Origin: Alkalispirochaeta sp.
Lineage (GTDB): Bacteria > Spirochaetota > Spirochaetia > DSM-27196 > Alkalispirochaetaceae
Assembly: GCA_965601925.1 (NCBI GenBank)
Contig: OZ271854.1
Span: 3,680,001 to 3,744,000 of the forward strand
Length of the DNA stretch: 64,000 nt
Direction of reading: 5' to 3'
Shown here: positions 28,052-38,267 of the stretch, one piece after another
How positions within the stretch are numbered: the first letter of the stretch is position 1
Layout of the letters: each line of letters opens with the position of its first letter
Translations under genes and position numbers: made by a program
Notes under the pieces: generated by a model
Databases searched by the model: none
What the model saw: the letters and a program-made list of their open reading frames with translations, nothing else
What the model was told of the DNA's origin: nothing

Positions 28052-29071
28052 ATGGCGGGTACACACACGGTCCGTATGGACCACGACCAAGACATCATCT
28101 TCAAGAGCGTTGGGCTCTACAAAATGTTCATGGCGGCCGGGGCCGCTGGGCAGGAGGCGAACCTCCTCTACGACCATCTCATCTTCACCGCGCGTCTCCA
28201 AACGACCAACCAGGTTCGGGCGACCGACGAGTACCTCCGAAACGGGCTCGGGTGGGGGCTCGCGAAGGTGAAGCGGGCGAAGGCGTTTCTCTCCTCCCGC
28301 GGCCTCATCGAGTACGTGAAGGATCGCCGCGACGACGGCCGAATCCTCAAGAGCTTCATTCGCATTACCGCCGGTCTCCGCCTCCCAGAAACCGCCGTAC
28401 AACCCACAGGGTCAGAAATTGACCCTGTTGCATCCGGCGACGGGATGGAGATCGATCCACCCGCATCAACAGGGTCAAAAACTGACCCTGTTGCACCCAC
28501 AGGGTCAGATATCAACCGGGTTGCTGACCATACGTATGGTCCCAGTAGACAAATGCTTAAAGAGAGAAAGGAAATGCTTGAAGAGAGAAAGAGAAATGGC
28601 CCTGACGGGCATCTCTCCGAGCCTCCGGTCGATGAAACGGCGAACAAGACCGCCGACTCGAATCAGATACAACCCACAGGGTCAGAAATTGACCCTGTTG
28701 TACCCGATACTCGCCGCGACCTTGAGCGTGAGGTCCGGGAGTGGTACGAGAGCCGCCAACCGGGCAAGCGGTTCGAGGATTACCCTGTCGAAATACACCA
28801 CGTCAAACTCATCGTTGACCGCGCCCTCAAGTACGAGCCTGAAAACGCCCGGGCCTGGCTGGATGAGTTCATGGCGACCCACGAGCGTCTGAAGAACAAC
28901 CCCCGCCACCTGCTGCACGACCACCCACTGCTCCCGAGCATGGCCAACTCAGGGCGACTGGTCTTGCGGATTCTCGACGCCATGACTCTCGCGCTGCCCG
29001 CGCCCGACCATACCGGGATTGAGCCTGACATCGCCGATCTCCTCGACCGGACCTACGGCCCCGCCCAATGA
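28052..29071 (+). CDS. Phage replication initiator (lambda O-like)
   Basis: wHTH-like N-terminus (LRNGLGWGLAKVKRAKAFL..GLI); internal iterons; directly upstream of the helicase. Confidence 0.75.
   Translation: MAGTHTVRMDHDQDIIFKSVGLYKMFMAAGAAGQEANLLYDHLIFTARLQTTNQVRATDEYLRNGLGWGLAKVKRAKAFLSSRGLIEYVKDRRDDGRILKSFIRITAGLRLPETAVQPTGSEIDPVASGDGMEIDPPASTGSKTDPVAPTGSDINRVADHTYGPSRQMLKERKEMLEERKRNGPDGHLSEPPVDETANKTADSNQIQPTGSEIDPVVPDTRRDLEREVREWYESRQPGKRFEDYPVEIHHVKLIVDRALKYEPENARAWLDEFMATHERLKNNPRHLLHDHPLLPSMANSGRLVLRILDAMTLALPAPDHTGIEPDIADLLDRTYGPAQ
28400..28700 (+). repeat. Iteron array / phage replication origin
   Basis: Four copies of ACAGGGTCA-N5-TGACCCTGT (one degenerate) plus a purine-rich repeated tract. 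Confidence 0.75.
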
Positions 29072-30375
29072 GCGTGCAGCACGAACGGGCATTTGTCGGC
29101 CGCCTCCTGACGTCCGCGAAAACGATGCTCGAAACCTCCCTGGACGATCGGCACTTCGCGGATCCGCTGTGCCGCCTCGTGTTCCAGACCGCCGGCCAGT
29201 GTCTCCAAGACGGCATCGAACCGACGATCGTCACCGTCTGCGACCCGTCCCGGCGGGTTCTCAACAATCGTGAGGGCGAGGTAGCGGAGCTCACCACCGA
29301 GGCACATGTCGGCCGTATCGACTGGATCGAGGCGCAACTCGTCACCGCGTACGAATCGCGAGTACTCCAGCAGCTTGGTCGCACACTCCTTGATCTCGCC
29401 GACGACCCCGCAGCCGCGATCGCCGCAGTGGACGAGAGCATGGAAGCTCTCGCGACGGCCGACACGACGAATCGCGTATGGAGCGCGCGAGAACTGGTCC
29501 GGCCCACCATCGAGACGATCGAAGAGCGCTACCACGCAAAGGGCGAGCTTCCGGGCGTTCCGAGCGGTATTCGCGAGTTGGACGCGATGTCGAACGGTTT
29601 CCAGGACGGCATGTTCTACGTCATCGCCGCACGCCCGTCGGTCGGAAAGTCGGCGCTCCTTAAGCACCTCGCCACGTTCGTTTCGACCAACGGCTCCAAC
29701 TCACCGTATGTCCCCGCCGGGGTGTTCTCGGCGGAGTCCAGCCGACACGAGTTCATGGTGCGCGCATTCGCCGATTTCGCGAGCATCGACAGCATGCGGC
29801 TCTCCAACGGAATGATCGGGCCGAGCGACTTCGGTCGGCTCACGCAGGCCGGAGAGAAGCTGTACGAATCCAAGCTCTACATCTACGACGAGCCGAATAT
29901 GGGCATCGCTCGCCTCACATCGCTCGCCCGCCTTATGAAGCGCAAGCACGGCATTCGCATCCTGTTCGTGGACTACGTGCAGATCATCGACGCGGCGGCG
30001 AACGACCGAACGCGCACCGAGCAGGTGTCGCTGGTAAGCCGCGCGCTCAAGAAGCTGGCGCGATCGCTGGAGATACCGGTGGTCGCGGTGGCACAGGCGG
30101 GCCGCGAGTCGGAGAAGGAACACCGGTGGCCACGACAGAGCGACGTACAACACGCGTCGCAGATCGAGCAGGATGTCGACGGGCTGATGTTCATACACCC
30201 GGAGAACGAGCGGGACGGGCGGCTGAAGCAGCTGTGGCTCGTGGTGTTGAAGATGCGCGATGGAAAGACCGGGAGCATACCGATTCACTTTGAGAAACGA
30301 TTCCTGCGGTTTACCGATCGTGCGCCGGAACGGTGGGATGACAACGTCCGGGGCCAAGGAGTGAACGCGTCATGA
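29068..30375 (+). CDS. DnaB-like replicative helicase
   Basis: IAARPSVGKS, FVDYVQI, VSRALKKLAR, QIEQDVD, KMRDG. Confidence 0.93.
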   Translation: MSVQHERAFVGRLLTSAKTMLETSLDDRHFADPLCRLVFQTAGQCLQDGIEPTIVTVCDPSRRVLNNREGEVAELTTEAHVGRIDWIEAQLVTAYESRVLQQLGRTLLDLADDPAAAIAAVDESMEALATADTTNRVWSARELVRPTIETIEERYHAKGELPGVPSGIRELDAMSNGFQDGMFYVIAARPSVGKSALLKHLATFVSTNGSNSPYVPAGVFSAESSRHEFMVRAFADFASIDSMRLSNGMIGPSDFGRLTQAGEKLYESKLYIYDEPNMGIARLTSLARLMKRKHGIRILFVDYVQIIDAAANDRTRTEQVSLVSRALKKLARSLEIPVVAVAQAGRESEKEHRWPRQSDVQHASQIEQDVDGLMFIHPENERDGRLKQLWLVVLKMRDGKTGSIPIHFEKRFLRFTDRAPERWDDNVRGQGVNAS

Positions 30376-31205
30376 CCACGCGTATCCGGCGGCCCGTCCT
30401 TCGTTACCACGGTGGCAAGTGGCGACTCGCACCGTGGATCATCTCGCACTTCCCGCCACACCGCGTGTATGTCGAGCCGTATGGCGGGGCGGCGAGTGTG
30501 TTGATGCGGAAGCCGCGGGCGAGCACCGAAGTCTACAACGACCTCGACGGCGAGATTGTGAACGCGCTCCGTGTCATCCGCGAGTACGGACACAGGCTCG
30601 CGGAGCTCTTGCGGCACACGCCATACGCGCGCGATGAGTTCGCGCAGAGCTACGAGCCGAGCGAGGACCCAGTCGAGCAGGCACGACGGACGATTGTGCG
30701 GTCGTTCTTCGGGCACGGGAGCGCGGGGACCGCCGGACACTCAACGGGGTTCCGAGCGAAGGCGCACGCAACCCACCCTGGCGGCGCGAAGGAGTGGGCG
30801 AACTATTGGGCGCAGATCGAGGAGTTCTCGGACAGGCTGGCGGGCGTGACCATCGAGAGCCGGCCCGCGATCGACGTGATAGCGGAGTACGACCAGGACG
30901 GCGCGCTGTTCTACGTAGATCCGCCGTATATGCCAGGGACTCGGCGTCGGGGCAATCAGTACTGCCGGAAAGGCGAGTACCGGCATGAGATGACCGAGGA
31001 AGATCACGCAGAGTTACTCGGCGCCCTCGGGAATGTCCGGGGCTCTGTGGTGATAAGCGGATATCCGTCGGAGCTCTACAACGAACGGCTTGGAGACTGG
31101 CGCCGCATCACACGGACGGCGTACGCGGATCGTGCAGCCAGGAGGTCGGAGGTTTTGTGGTTATCACCAAACATCAAGCCGGTGCAGGGGGAGTTGTTCG
31201 GATGA
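30372..31205 (+). CDS. N6-adenine DNA methyltransferase (Dam/D12 class)
   Basis: RYHGGKW, YVEPYGG, YNDLD, YVDPPY. Confidence 0.92.
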   Translation: MTTRIRRPVLRYHGGKWRLAPWIISHFPPHRVYVEPYGGAASVLMRKPRASTEVYNDLDGEIVNALRVIREYGHRLAELLRHTPYARDEFAQSYEPSEDPVEQARRTIVRSFFGHGSAGTAGHSTGFRAKAHATHPGGAKEWANYWAQIEEFSDRLAGVTIESRPAIDVIAEYDQDGALFYVDPPYMPGTRRRGNQYCRKGEYRHEMTEEDHAELLGALGNVRGSVVISGYPSELYNERLGDWRRITRTAYADRAARRSEVLWLSPNIKPVQGELFG

Positions 31206-31338
31206 GACGGAAAAGGTCGCGGGTCCTTCTGGAGATTTTGACATTTATGACGGGTGATGTTCCGCACCGTCGCTCCCTCCACCACATCGCTCTTTTTTCT
31301 GAGGTGGTTTAGTTGATCGTGACAGGCAAGGAGCTGAC

Positions 31339-31632
31339 GTGACGTGTCCGAAGTGCGGAGGCAAGACCAAAGTCCTTGAGCGACGGAAGATCACGCCCTC
31401 GCTGTTTCTACGCCGCCGTCGCTGCGTGCGGTGTGACTATCGATTCAATACATACGAGGCGCGGGAGAAAGACGAACATATACCACTACCGGTAGTGGTA
31501 CTCGATGGAAAGACCGGTTTAAATGCCGGTTCGGCGCCTGTAGCCTTGAGTCAGTGGCAAGCGGAAGCAGGGCGAAATACAACCGACCGTCTCGAATCCG
31601 TCGCGGATACGACAGCGAATGGTACAACGTAA
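31339..31632 (+). CDS. NrdR-like zinc-ribbon protein
   Basis: CPKCG..T.V.....RRRRCVRCDYRFNTYE. Confidence 0.7.
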   Translation: MTCPKCGGKTKVLERRKITPSLFLRRRRCVRCDYRFNTYEAREKDEHIPLPVVVLDGKTGLNAGSAPVALSQWQAEAGRNTTDRLESVADTTANGTT

Positions 31633-31898
31633 TCCGTCCTGCGGTCCTGCGAGCGCACGGGATCCCCGAGGATCAATGGCGGCTCTACGACGTAGACCAT
31701 CGTCCCGCCTACAACCCCGACGTGGAACCCGATCATCGCAAGTACACGCTTGTCCCGATGCTGCGTGGCGAACACAGCCGCAAGACCGCGACGGTTGACG
31801 GCGGGTTCGGGAACCGAACGAACGACCGGCCACATATCAAGCCTGTCCGGCCGGTGAGCAGAACGGTGCAGCAATCGCCGAACGTGAGGATCACATGA
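31554..31898 (+). CDS. Packaging-associated HNH endonuclease (HK97 gp74-like)
   Basis: RRGYDSEW...DVDH...EHSRKTA..DGGFGN, upstream of terS. Confidence 0.7.
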   Translation: MASGSRAKYNRPSRIRRGYDSEWYNVIRPAVLRAHGIPEDQWRLYDVDHRPAYNPDVEPDHRKYTLVPMLRGEHSRKTATVDGGFGNRTNDRPHIKPVRPVSRTVQQSPNVRIT

Positions 31899-32161
31899 CG
31901 GACACGCTCAACGCCCAAGGATCGCGCATGACGCTAAGCATCGGCGACACCACCGACTTTGATGTCTCTCATGTTCGCGTGAACAAGCTCGATCCGTCCG
32001 ATGTAATCGTACTGCGGACCGCGGATCGACTCAGCCTCTCGAACATCGACCGGATACGCGAGCTCGTCGAACCACTCTTTCCCTCGAACAAGGTCTTGGT
32101 GCTCGAAGCGGGTGCGGATATCGAACTCTACCAGGGGGAGGGGGGCGTCAAATCGCTATGA
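31895..32161 (+). CDS. Phage hypothetical protein
   Basis: Coupled ORF with GAGGA RBS. Confidence 0.5.
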   Translation: MTDTLNAQGSRMTLSIGDTTDFDVSHVRVNKLDPSDVIVLRTADRLSLSNIDRIRELVEPLFPSNKVLVLEAGADIELYQGEGGVKSL

Positions 32162-32225
32162 GCTCCAGCCCTTTAACCGCGCGTGGTACCTTCGCACACT
32201 TTTTTGTCAAAATGAAAACTTTGAC
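32134..32225 (+). other. Probable cos packaging-site region
   Basis: GGGGGAGGGGGGCGTCAAATC...CCGCGCG...TTTTTTGTCAAAAT between the HNH gene and terS, as in many cos phages. Confidence 0.45.
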
Positions 32226-32243
32226 TTTCGGGGGCAATCCGTA

Positions 32244-32708
32244 GTGGCCGGCCGCCCTCGCACGCCCACAGCGCTGAAGATTCTCAAGGGCACGCATCGG
32301 CCCGATCGGGCCGTCAACGAGCCGAATCCCGACGTCCCCCACGAGATTGTCGCGCCAGCGCTACTCCGCACCAAGCGCGCAAAAGAGCTGTATGTACGGA
32401 TCGCCACGGAGTTGGCGCCGTCGGGTTTGTTCACCGTTGCCGACGAGCTTTCTCTTGTCGCACTGGTTCGCGTCGAGATCGTGCTTGATCGCCTGGAGCG
32501 GAAGCTTAAACTCGACCTTATGGGCGGCGCGATGGGCGGGCCTGTCGCCGACCCGCGTCTCCCGGCGTACCGCGACCTCTTGAAGATCGCCGCGAATCTG
32601 CGGCGAGGCTTTGGTATGGATCCGGCAAGCCGTTCTCGGATTGATTTGCCCGCCGCCAGCGAGGACGAGGGTGACGGCATGGGTGACATTTTGGCGGGGA
32701 ACGGCTGA
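32244..32708 (+). CDS. Terminase small subunit (P27 family)
   Basis: GRPRTPTALKILKGT.RPDR; FGMDPASRSRI. Confidence 0.88.
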   Translation: MAGRPRTPTALKILKGTHRPDRAVNEPNPDVPHEIVAPALLRTKRAKELYVRIATELAPSGLFTVADELSLVALVRVEIVLDRLERKLKLDLMGGAMGGPVADPRLPAYRDLLKIAANLRRGFGMDPASRSRIDLPAASEDEGDGMGDILAGNG

Positions 32709-34465
32709 TGTGGCGGCGACTGCTTTGCGTGGCTGTCGGGGCGCTCGCGTTGGTTGAGCCGGCGTTTACCTACCACCAGTACGCCGCGGACGTCCGGAGC
32801 GGCGAACAGGTAGCGTGTAAATGGGTTCGGCTCGCCGTCGACCGTTGGTACTCCGATCTCGATCGCCAGGGTTCAGACGCCCTTCCTTGGGTGTTCGATG
32901 AAGCCCGAGCCAATCGCTATATCTCCTTCACTCGCCGATTGGAGCATACACAGGCGTTCACCGGCACCTTCGAGCCGCAGCCGTGGCAGCAATTTGCCAT
33001 GGCGAACATATTCGGATGGGTCCACCCAGACACAGGATATCGCCGGTTCCGAAAGACGTATCGCGAGGTAGCACGGAAGCAGGGTAAGACGTTCGGAGCC
33101 GCGGCAGAGGGGAACGCGGCGCTTCACCTGGATGGCGAGCGCGGCGCCGAGTTCTTCTGTTTGGCTCGAGACCGCGACCAGGCAATGAAGGCGTACACTT
33201 ATGTACGCGAGCAGAACCAGAACCACCCACTCCTCGCGCGACGCCTGAAGTTCTACAAGGGGCAGGCTCCGAAGATGATGGGGCGGGGCAACACCGGAAG
33301 CGGCGAGCTCGATGCATCCGTTCTCATCCGGCCTGTTACGAAGGATCCGAGGAAACAGGATTCATGGAATCCCCATATCATCCTCGTCGACGAGTATCAC
33401 GCGCACGACACCAACGACCTTATCAACGCCTACGAGTCAGGCACGGGGTCCCGCCCGCAGCCATTGACGCTCATTATCACGACCGCGGGAACGAACTATG
33501 ACGGGCCGGCGTACCAGGAGGAGCGCGCGACGCTGACGCGTATGCTCACCGGCAAGATCCCAATGTTGGAGCGCTTCTGGGGGACCATTTACACGCTGGA
33601 CGACGGCGACGACTACACCGATGAGCGCGTGTGGATAAAGGCCAATCCGAATCTCGGTGTTTCGGTCTACGTCGACTATCTTCGCGATCGCGTGGCTGAG
33701 GCCGCGGTCAGTCCCCGGAAAGCGACCGATGTGCTGACCAAGAACTTTAACGTGTGGCAATCCTCGGAAACGCGGTGGATGACGCCCGAGGTATGGCAGC
33801 GCAACGGGCATGCTGTCGATGAAGAGAGCCTGAAAGGCGCCGGTGCAGCGGGCGGCTTGGACCTGAGTTTGACCACCGATATCACCGCGCTCTGTTGGGC
33901 GTTTCCACTCGTCGATGGCCGCCATCCGATGATTTGGCGGTTCTTCATTCCGACGGATCGCCTTGTAGAGCGGATTCGTCGTGATCGCGTGCCGTACGAC
34001 GCGTGGATCAAACAGGGATGGATCATCCCGTGCGCTGGCGAGACGATCGACTACAGCCTCGTCACGCAGACGATTCTGGACGACGCCGCGACCTTTGGCG
34101 CGTCGCGGCTCGGGTACGATCCGTGGCATGCGGGAGAGGTCGAAGAGGCGGTTGTAGATACTCTCGAACTGGTGAAGTACCGGCAGAGATACGAGGACAT
34201 GGGGCAGCCGTCGTTGATGTTCGAGCATCTTGCAATAAACGGCGCCATTGCTCACGGAGACAACCCGGTCATGGCGTGGATGATGCGTAACACCGAGATC
34301 AAGGAGGATCGCCAAGGGAACATCATGCCCATGAAGCCACGGCGCGACGGGTATGGGAAGCGCATCGACGGGGTTCCGGCTGGCATCATAGCACTCGATC
34401 TCGTTCGAGGCGGAATGCCCGACACCTCCAGTGTCTACGACACAAAGGAGGTGCTGCTCCTATGA
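32708..34465 (+). CDS. Terminase large subunit
   Basis: PWQQF, VARKQGKT (Walker A), LVDEYH, ITTAG, KANPNLG, GLDLS, RIDG. Confidence 0.95.
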   Translation: MWRRLLCVAVGALALVEPAFTYHQYAADVRSGEQVACKWVRLAVDRWYSDLDRQGSDALPWVFDEARANRYISFTRRLEHTQAFTGTFEPQPWQQFAMANIFGWVHPDTGYRRFRKTYREVARKQGKTFGAAAEGNAALHLDGERGAEFFCLARDRDQAMKAYTYVREQNQNHPLLARRLKFYKGQAPKMMGRGNTGSGELDASVLIRPVTKDPRKQDSWNPHIILVDEYHAHDTNDLINAYESGTGSRPQPLTLIITTAGTNYDGPAYQEERATLTRMLTGKIPMLERFWGTIYTLDDGDDYTDERVWIKANPNLGVSVYVDYLRDRVAEAAVSPRKATDVLTKNFNVWQSSETRWMTPEVWQRNGHAVDEESLKGAGAAGGLDLSLTTDITALCWAFPLVDGRHPMIWRFFIPTDRLVERIRRDRVPYDAWIKQGWIIPCAGETIDYSLVTQTILDDAATFGASRLGYDPWHAGEVEEAVVDTLELVKYRQRYEDMGQPSLMFEHLAINGAIAHGDNPVMAWMMRNTEIKEDRQGNIMPMKPRRDGYGKRIDGVPAGIIALDLVRGGMPDTSSVYDTKEVLLL

Positions 34466-36072
34466 GCTGGCTCAAGGACATCCGACAAGCGGTGCGTGGG
34501 TTCGCCGCCCTCGCCGAGTCGCGCAGTAGCCTCGAAAACCCCAAGATCCCAATCTCCTCGAAGGAGATCATGGCCTACTTCGAAGGAATGCCGACGTCGA
34601 CCGGCTTGACCGTCAACGAGGACAAGGTCATGGGCGTCGCGGCGATACTCTCGGTCATTCGAGTGCTCGCCGAAGGTATCGCGGCCCTCCCGTTGGAAAC
34701 CTATCGCCGCACCGAGAACGGCGGGCGGGAACGAGCGACGGACCACCCCGCGTATCGCATGCTCAAGCTGAGACCAAACCCGTTCATGAGCGCGATGCGG
34801 TACTACGAGCTTGCTATGAAGCATGTCGTTCTCCGTGGACGGCATTACGCAGAGATACAATTCGATTCTTCCGGTTATCCCGTGGCGTTTTGGCCGCTGA
34901 GCCCGACCGACACCGAGCCGGTCTATACGGAGCGAGAGAGCCTCGTCTATGTGACGACAATCGGTAACGAGCGGGTCGGGCTTCCGGACTATCGTGTACT
35001 GCATATCTCTGCACTCGGCGACGGGATCAAGGGCGGCGGCCTTCTCGACTACAGCCGGGAGACGGCGGGCTACGCGGCGGCACTTGATCAATATCAAGGA
35101 AAGTTCTTTGCGAACGGCGCGCACACAAATGGTTTTCTGAAACATCCGGCAACCCTCACAGACTCCGCTCGCGAACGTCTGAAGAGTGCGTGGAAAATGG
35201 CTCACGGCGGCTTGTCCAACGCTCATCGCACGGCAGTACTCGAGGAGGGTGTCGAGTGGGTGAAGACCGCCGTATCTCCAGAGGAAGCACAGGCGATCGA
35301 AGCACGCAAGCTCACCCGGAGCGAGATAGCTGGCCTCTATCGGGTATCCGCTCATTTCATCAACGATCTTGAGCACGCGACGTTTTCGAACGTCGAAGAG
35401 CTCAACATATCCCACGTCGTACACGCGATACGGCCGTGGGCGGTACGCTTCGAGCAGGAGATGGACTACAAACTCTTCGCGGGAGAGCCGCAGATGTACG
35501 TCAAGTTCAATCTCGACGCTTTGCTCCGAGGAGACAGGAAGAGCCGATCGGAGGCGTTAGAGATTGAGCGGCGGAACGGTGTGCTCACCGCGAACGAGTG
35601 GCGAGAACTCGAAAACCGCAATCCCGTCGCTTCACCGTACGGCGACAGTTTCATGCTCCAGGTAAACAACGCACTCGTCGGAGCAGATGGACGGATAACA
35701 CCGCTATCTACGAGCAATCTGCCCCGCGATCGAAGTGTCGCAAGGAAGATTGCCATGGCGTTTCTCCGGGACTCCCTTCGTCGAGTGGCGTCGCGGGAGA
35801 AACGCGCAATCGAGAAACATCTGAAATCGAGTGAGGCCCAAGCAATGGGGGAGGAGGCGGCCGTTCGTTCGTACTGCATGAGCGCGGACTGGATCGAGGA
35901 AGTCCTGTATCCCGCCATCCGGGCCGCGAACAGTGCAGGGTTATCTCTTGACGCCCGGGGTTACCCGGACCGGTCCATCGAACAGTATCGCAACACAAAG
36001 CTCGACCGCTGGGAGGAACGGCGGATCAACGCAGAGCTGGCCACGGTAGGAGGATTCAATGCCGAGACATGA
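34462..36072 (+). CDS. HK97-family portal protein
   Basis: RPNPFMS, FFANGA, VLEEG, ATFSNVE, TANEWR. Confidence 0.93.
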   Translation: MSWLKDIRQAVRGFAALAESRSSLENPKIPISSKEIMAYFEGMPTSTGLTVNEDKVMGVAAILSVIRVLAEGIAALPLETYRRTENGGRERATDHPAYRMLKLRPNPFMSAMRYYELAMKHVVLRGRHYAEIQFDSSGYPVAFWPLSPTDTEPVYTERESLVYVTTIGNERVGLPDYRVLHISALGDGIKGGGLLDYSRETAGYAAALDQYQGKFFANGAHTNGFLKHPATLTDSARERLKSAWKMAHGGLSNAHRTAVLEEGVEWVKTAVSPEEAQAIEARKLTRSEIAGLYRVSAHFINDLEHATFSNVEELNISHVVHAIRPWAVRFEQEMDYKLFAGEPQMYVKFNLDALLRGDRKSRSEALEIERRNGVLTANEWRELENRNPVASPYGDSFMLQVNNALVGADGRITPLSTSNLPRDRSVARKIAMAFLRDSLRRVASREKRAIEKHLKSSEAQAMGEEAAVRSYCMSADWIEEVLYPAIRAANSAGLSLDARGYPDRSIEQYRNTKLDRWEERRINAELATVGGFNAET

Positions 36073-36766
36073 CATTTTGACATTTCCCGTTGAAGTCCGA
36101 AGCGAGCAAGTCGGCAACACGGAACAACGGAAGATCGTCGGTCGACCCGCGGTGTACAACCAGCTGTCTGACGACCTCGGCGGGTTTCGAGAGCGCATCC
36201 TTCCAGGAGCGTTCACGAAGACACTCCAGGAGAGCAACGTCAAAGCGCTGTGGAACCACGACGACAACTATGTGCTCGGGTCACGCAAGGCGGGCACGCT
36301 CACAATCATCGAAGACGGCGAGGGGCTTTCGTTTGAGGCCGCGCCCCCAGACACGCAATGGGCTCGTGACTTCATGCAGTCCGTCGAGCGCGGCGATGTC
36401 GATCAGATGTCGTTCCGGTTTCGGACCATCCGAGACCGCTGGGTCAAGGATGAGAACGATCAGCTTCTCCGCGAGCTCGTCGAGGTTCAGCTGGTTGAAG
36501 TCTCCCCTGTAACGTTCCCGGCGTACCCGCAAACATCGGTCGATCTCCGAACCATGGGTGTCGAGATCGATCCCGAAGAAATCCAAGAAATTGCGCTCCG
36601 GTCTGCCACCGGTCATCTGACCGATGCTGATCGTGCGCGACTCACCGAAATCCGCACCGCGATCGCACAACTATCCGCGCCGGCCGAGAGCCACCCGGAG
36701 GAGGAGGCGATTGAGGAGGCGGACGACTACCACGATCGCGAACGAGCGATCGAGTTACTCATGTAG
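36059..36766 (+). CDS. HK97-family prohead protease
   Basis: GAF...ALWNHD, MSFRF, EVSPVTFPAY. Confidence 0.93.
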   Translation: MPRHDILTFPVEVRSEQVGNTEQRKIVGRPAVYNQLSDDLGGFRERILPGAFTKTLQESNVKALWNHDDNYVLGSRKAGTLTIIEDGEGLSFEAAPPDTQWARDFMQSVERGDVDQMSFRFRTIRDRWVKDENDQLLRELVEVQLVEVSPVTFPAYPQTSVDLRTMGVEIDPEEIQEIALRSATGHLTDADRARLTEIRTAIAQLSAPAESHPEEEAIEEADDYHDRERAIELLM

Positions 36767-36774
36767 GAGGCACA

Positions 36775-38028
36775 ATGGCCCTGCGATTCGAGAAGATTAT
36801 AGAAATGCGCAAGGAGCGCAAGAAGCTGTGGGAAGAGGCTCGGACGTACCGCGACGAGAAGGAGAAATCGCACGACGATGGCAAGCTCACCGCCGAAGAG
36901 CGCTCGGCATATGACCAGCGCCTCTCCGATGTCGAGGCACTCACACAGAAGATCGAGGACGCGGAGCGCGAGCTGGCGATCGAAGAGCGAATGCTCGAGG
37001 ACGACGCCAAGAGGAAAGACGTCGAACGCACAAAAGGCGACAAAGACGAGCGATCGGTACAATACCGCGCCGCCTTCGACGCTTATCTCCGCCATGGTTT
37101 CTCTGGCCTCGACGCGGAGCAGCGTTCTCTCATGCAGGAGGCGCGCACCGAAGCGCGCGCCATGGGTGTCGCTCCTGACTCGGCGGGCGGGTACACCGTA
37201 CCGAACGAGATGATGTCCGTCATCATCGACGGTCAGAAGGCGTTTAACGGTGTGCGTCGATCTCGGGCTGAGATTATGCCGTCGTCCGATGGCCGCCCGT
37301 GGGACATGCCAACGGGCGACGATACGGGAGTTGAAGGTGAACAGATCGGCGAGAACCAGCCGGCGACCGAGGGTGACATAACACTCGGAACGAAGCCGTT
37401 CCCGGTCTACAAGTACTCGACTCGCATTATCCGCGTATCGATGGAGCTCCTGCAGGATTCGAACACCAACATCGAGAACTACATCTCGCGGAAGATGATG
37501 GAACGGATCGGCCGCGTTACCGAGCGGAAGTTTACGGTGGGGACCGGGACGGCTGAGCCCGAAGGTATCGTAACGGCTTCCGCGCTTGGACACACCGCTG
37601 CCGCGGCAACCGCCATAACTTACGACGACATCATCGATCTGACGGACTCGGTGGATGAAGCTTATTCGGTCAACGCTGAACTGATGTTCAGTAAGCGCGT
37701 CCTCACCGCTCTCAAGAAGCTCAAAGATGCCGACGGTCGACCGCTGTGGGTACCCGGGGTTGCCATGCGAGAACCCGATCGACTCGCTGGCTATCCGTAC
37801 GTCGTCAATATGCACATGGCCGACATCGCGGCGAGCGCGGTCACGATGCTGTTCGGGGATATGAGCTACTTCAAGGTTCGGGATGTGGCTGGCGGCGTCA
37901 TGCTTCGGCTCACCGAACGGTATGCGGAGTTCAACCAAGTCGCGTTTCTCGGATTCTTCCGACACGGATCCGCGTTGCCGGATCCGGGAACGAACCCGAT
38001 TAAGCATATGGTTCAGGCGGCGGTATAG
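36775..38028 (+). CDS. HK97-family major capsid protein
   Basis: Coiled-coil delta domain, GGYTVP, VSMELLQDS, LKDADGRPLW, FGDMSY. Confidence 0.95.
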   Translation: MALRFEKIIEMRKERKKLWEEARTYRDEKEKSHDDGKLTAEERSAYDQRLSDVEALTQKIEDAERELAIEERMLEDDAKRKDVERTKGDKDERSVQYRAAFDAYLRHGFSGLDAEQRSLMQEARTEARAMGVAPDSAGGYTVPNEMMSVIIDGQKAFNGVRRSRAEIMPSSDGRPWDMPTGDDTGVEGEQIGENQPATEGDITLGTKPFPVYKYSTRIIRVSMELLQDSNTNIENYISRKMMERIGRVTERKFTVGTGTAEPEGIVTASALGHTAAAATAITYDDIIDLTDSVDEAYSVNAELMFSKRVLTALKKLKDADGRPLWVPGVAMREPDRLAGYPYVVNMHMADIAASAVTMLFGDMSYFKVRDVAGGVMLRLTERYAEFNQVAFLGFFRHGSALPDPGTNPIKHMVQAAV

Positions 38029-38070
38029 ACCGCACAGTCCCGGCTCCGGCCGGGACCATTGGGAGGGATC

Positions 38071-38265
38071 GTGAAGAGAATACATGTCAACAAGCCGGTA
38101 GCCGGCGCCTCGTACTCCTACGCGCCGGGTTTCGTTGAGTGCGAAGATGCGGTTGCCGACGATCTCGTTCGCGCGGGACACGCGGAGTACGTAGATGAGA
38201 ACCCACGGAAAGCCAAGTCGGAACGAGCTACGGCCGCCAAAGTCGAGACCGTCGATAGGAGTTGA
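38071..38265 (+). CDS. Small head-associated protein
   Basis: Position after the major capsid gene; ADDLVRAGHAE. Confidence 0.55.
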   Translation: MKRIHVNKPVAGASYSYAPGFVECEDAVADDLVRAGHAEYVDENPRKAKSERATAAKVETVDRS

Positions 38266-38267
38266 CC

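Noticed and set aside
28400..28700. CRISPR array from the palindromic repeats
   Set aside because: Irregular spacing, located inside a coding gene, and no cas genes; fits iterons
32708..32765. Signal peptide on the terminase large subunit
   Set aside because: Export is incompatible with function; likely an alternative start or a chance hydrophobic stretch
36727..38181. 484-aa minus-strand ORF and similar long antisense ORFs
   Set aside because: Shadow frames of high-GC genes (here the capsid gene) with no motifs or RBS
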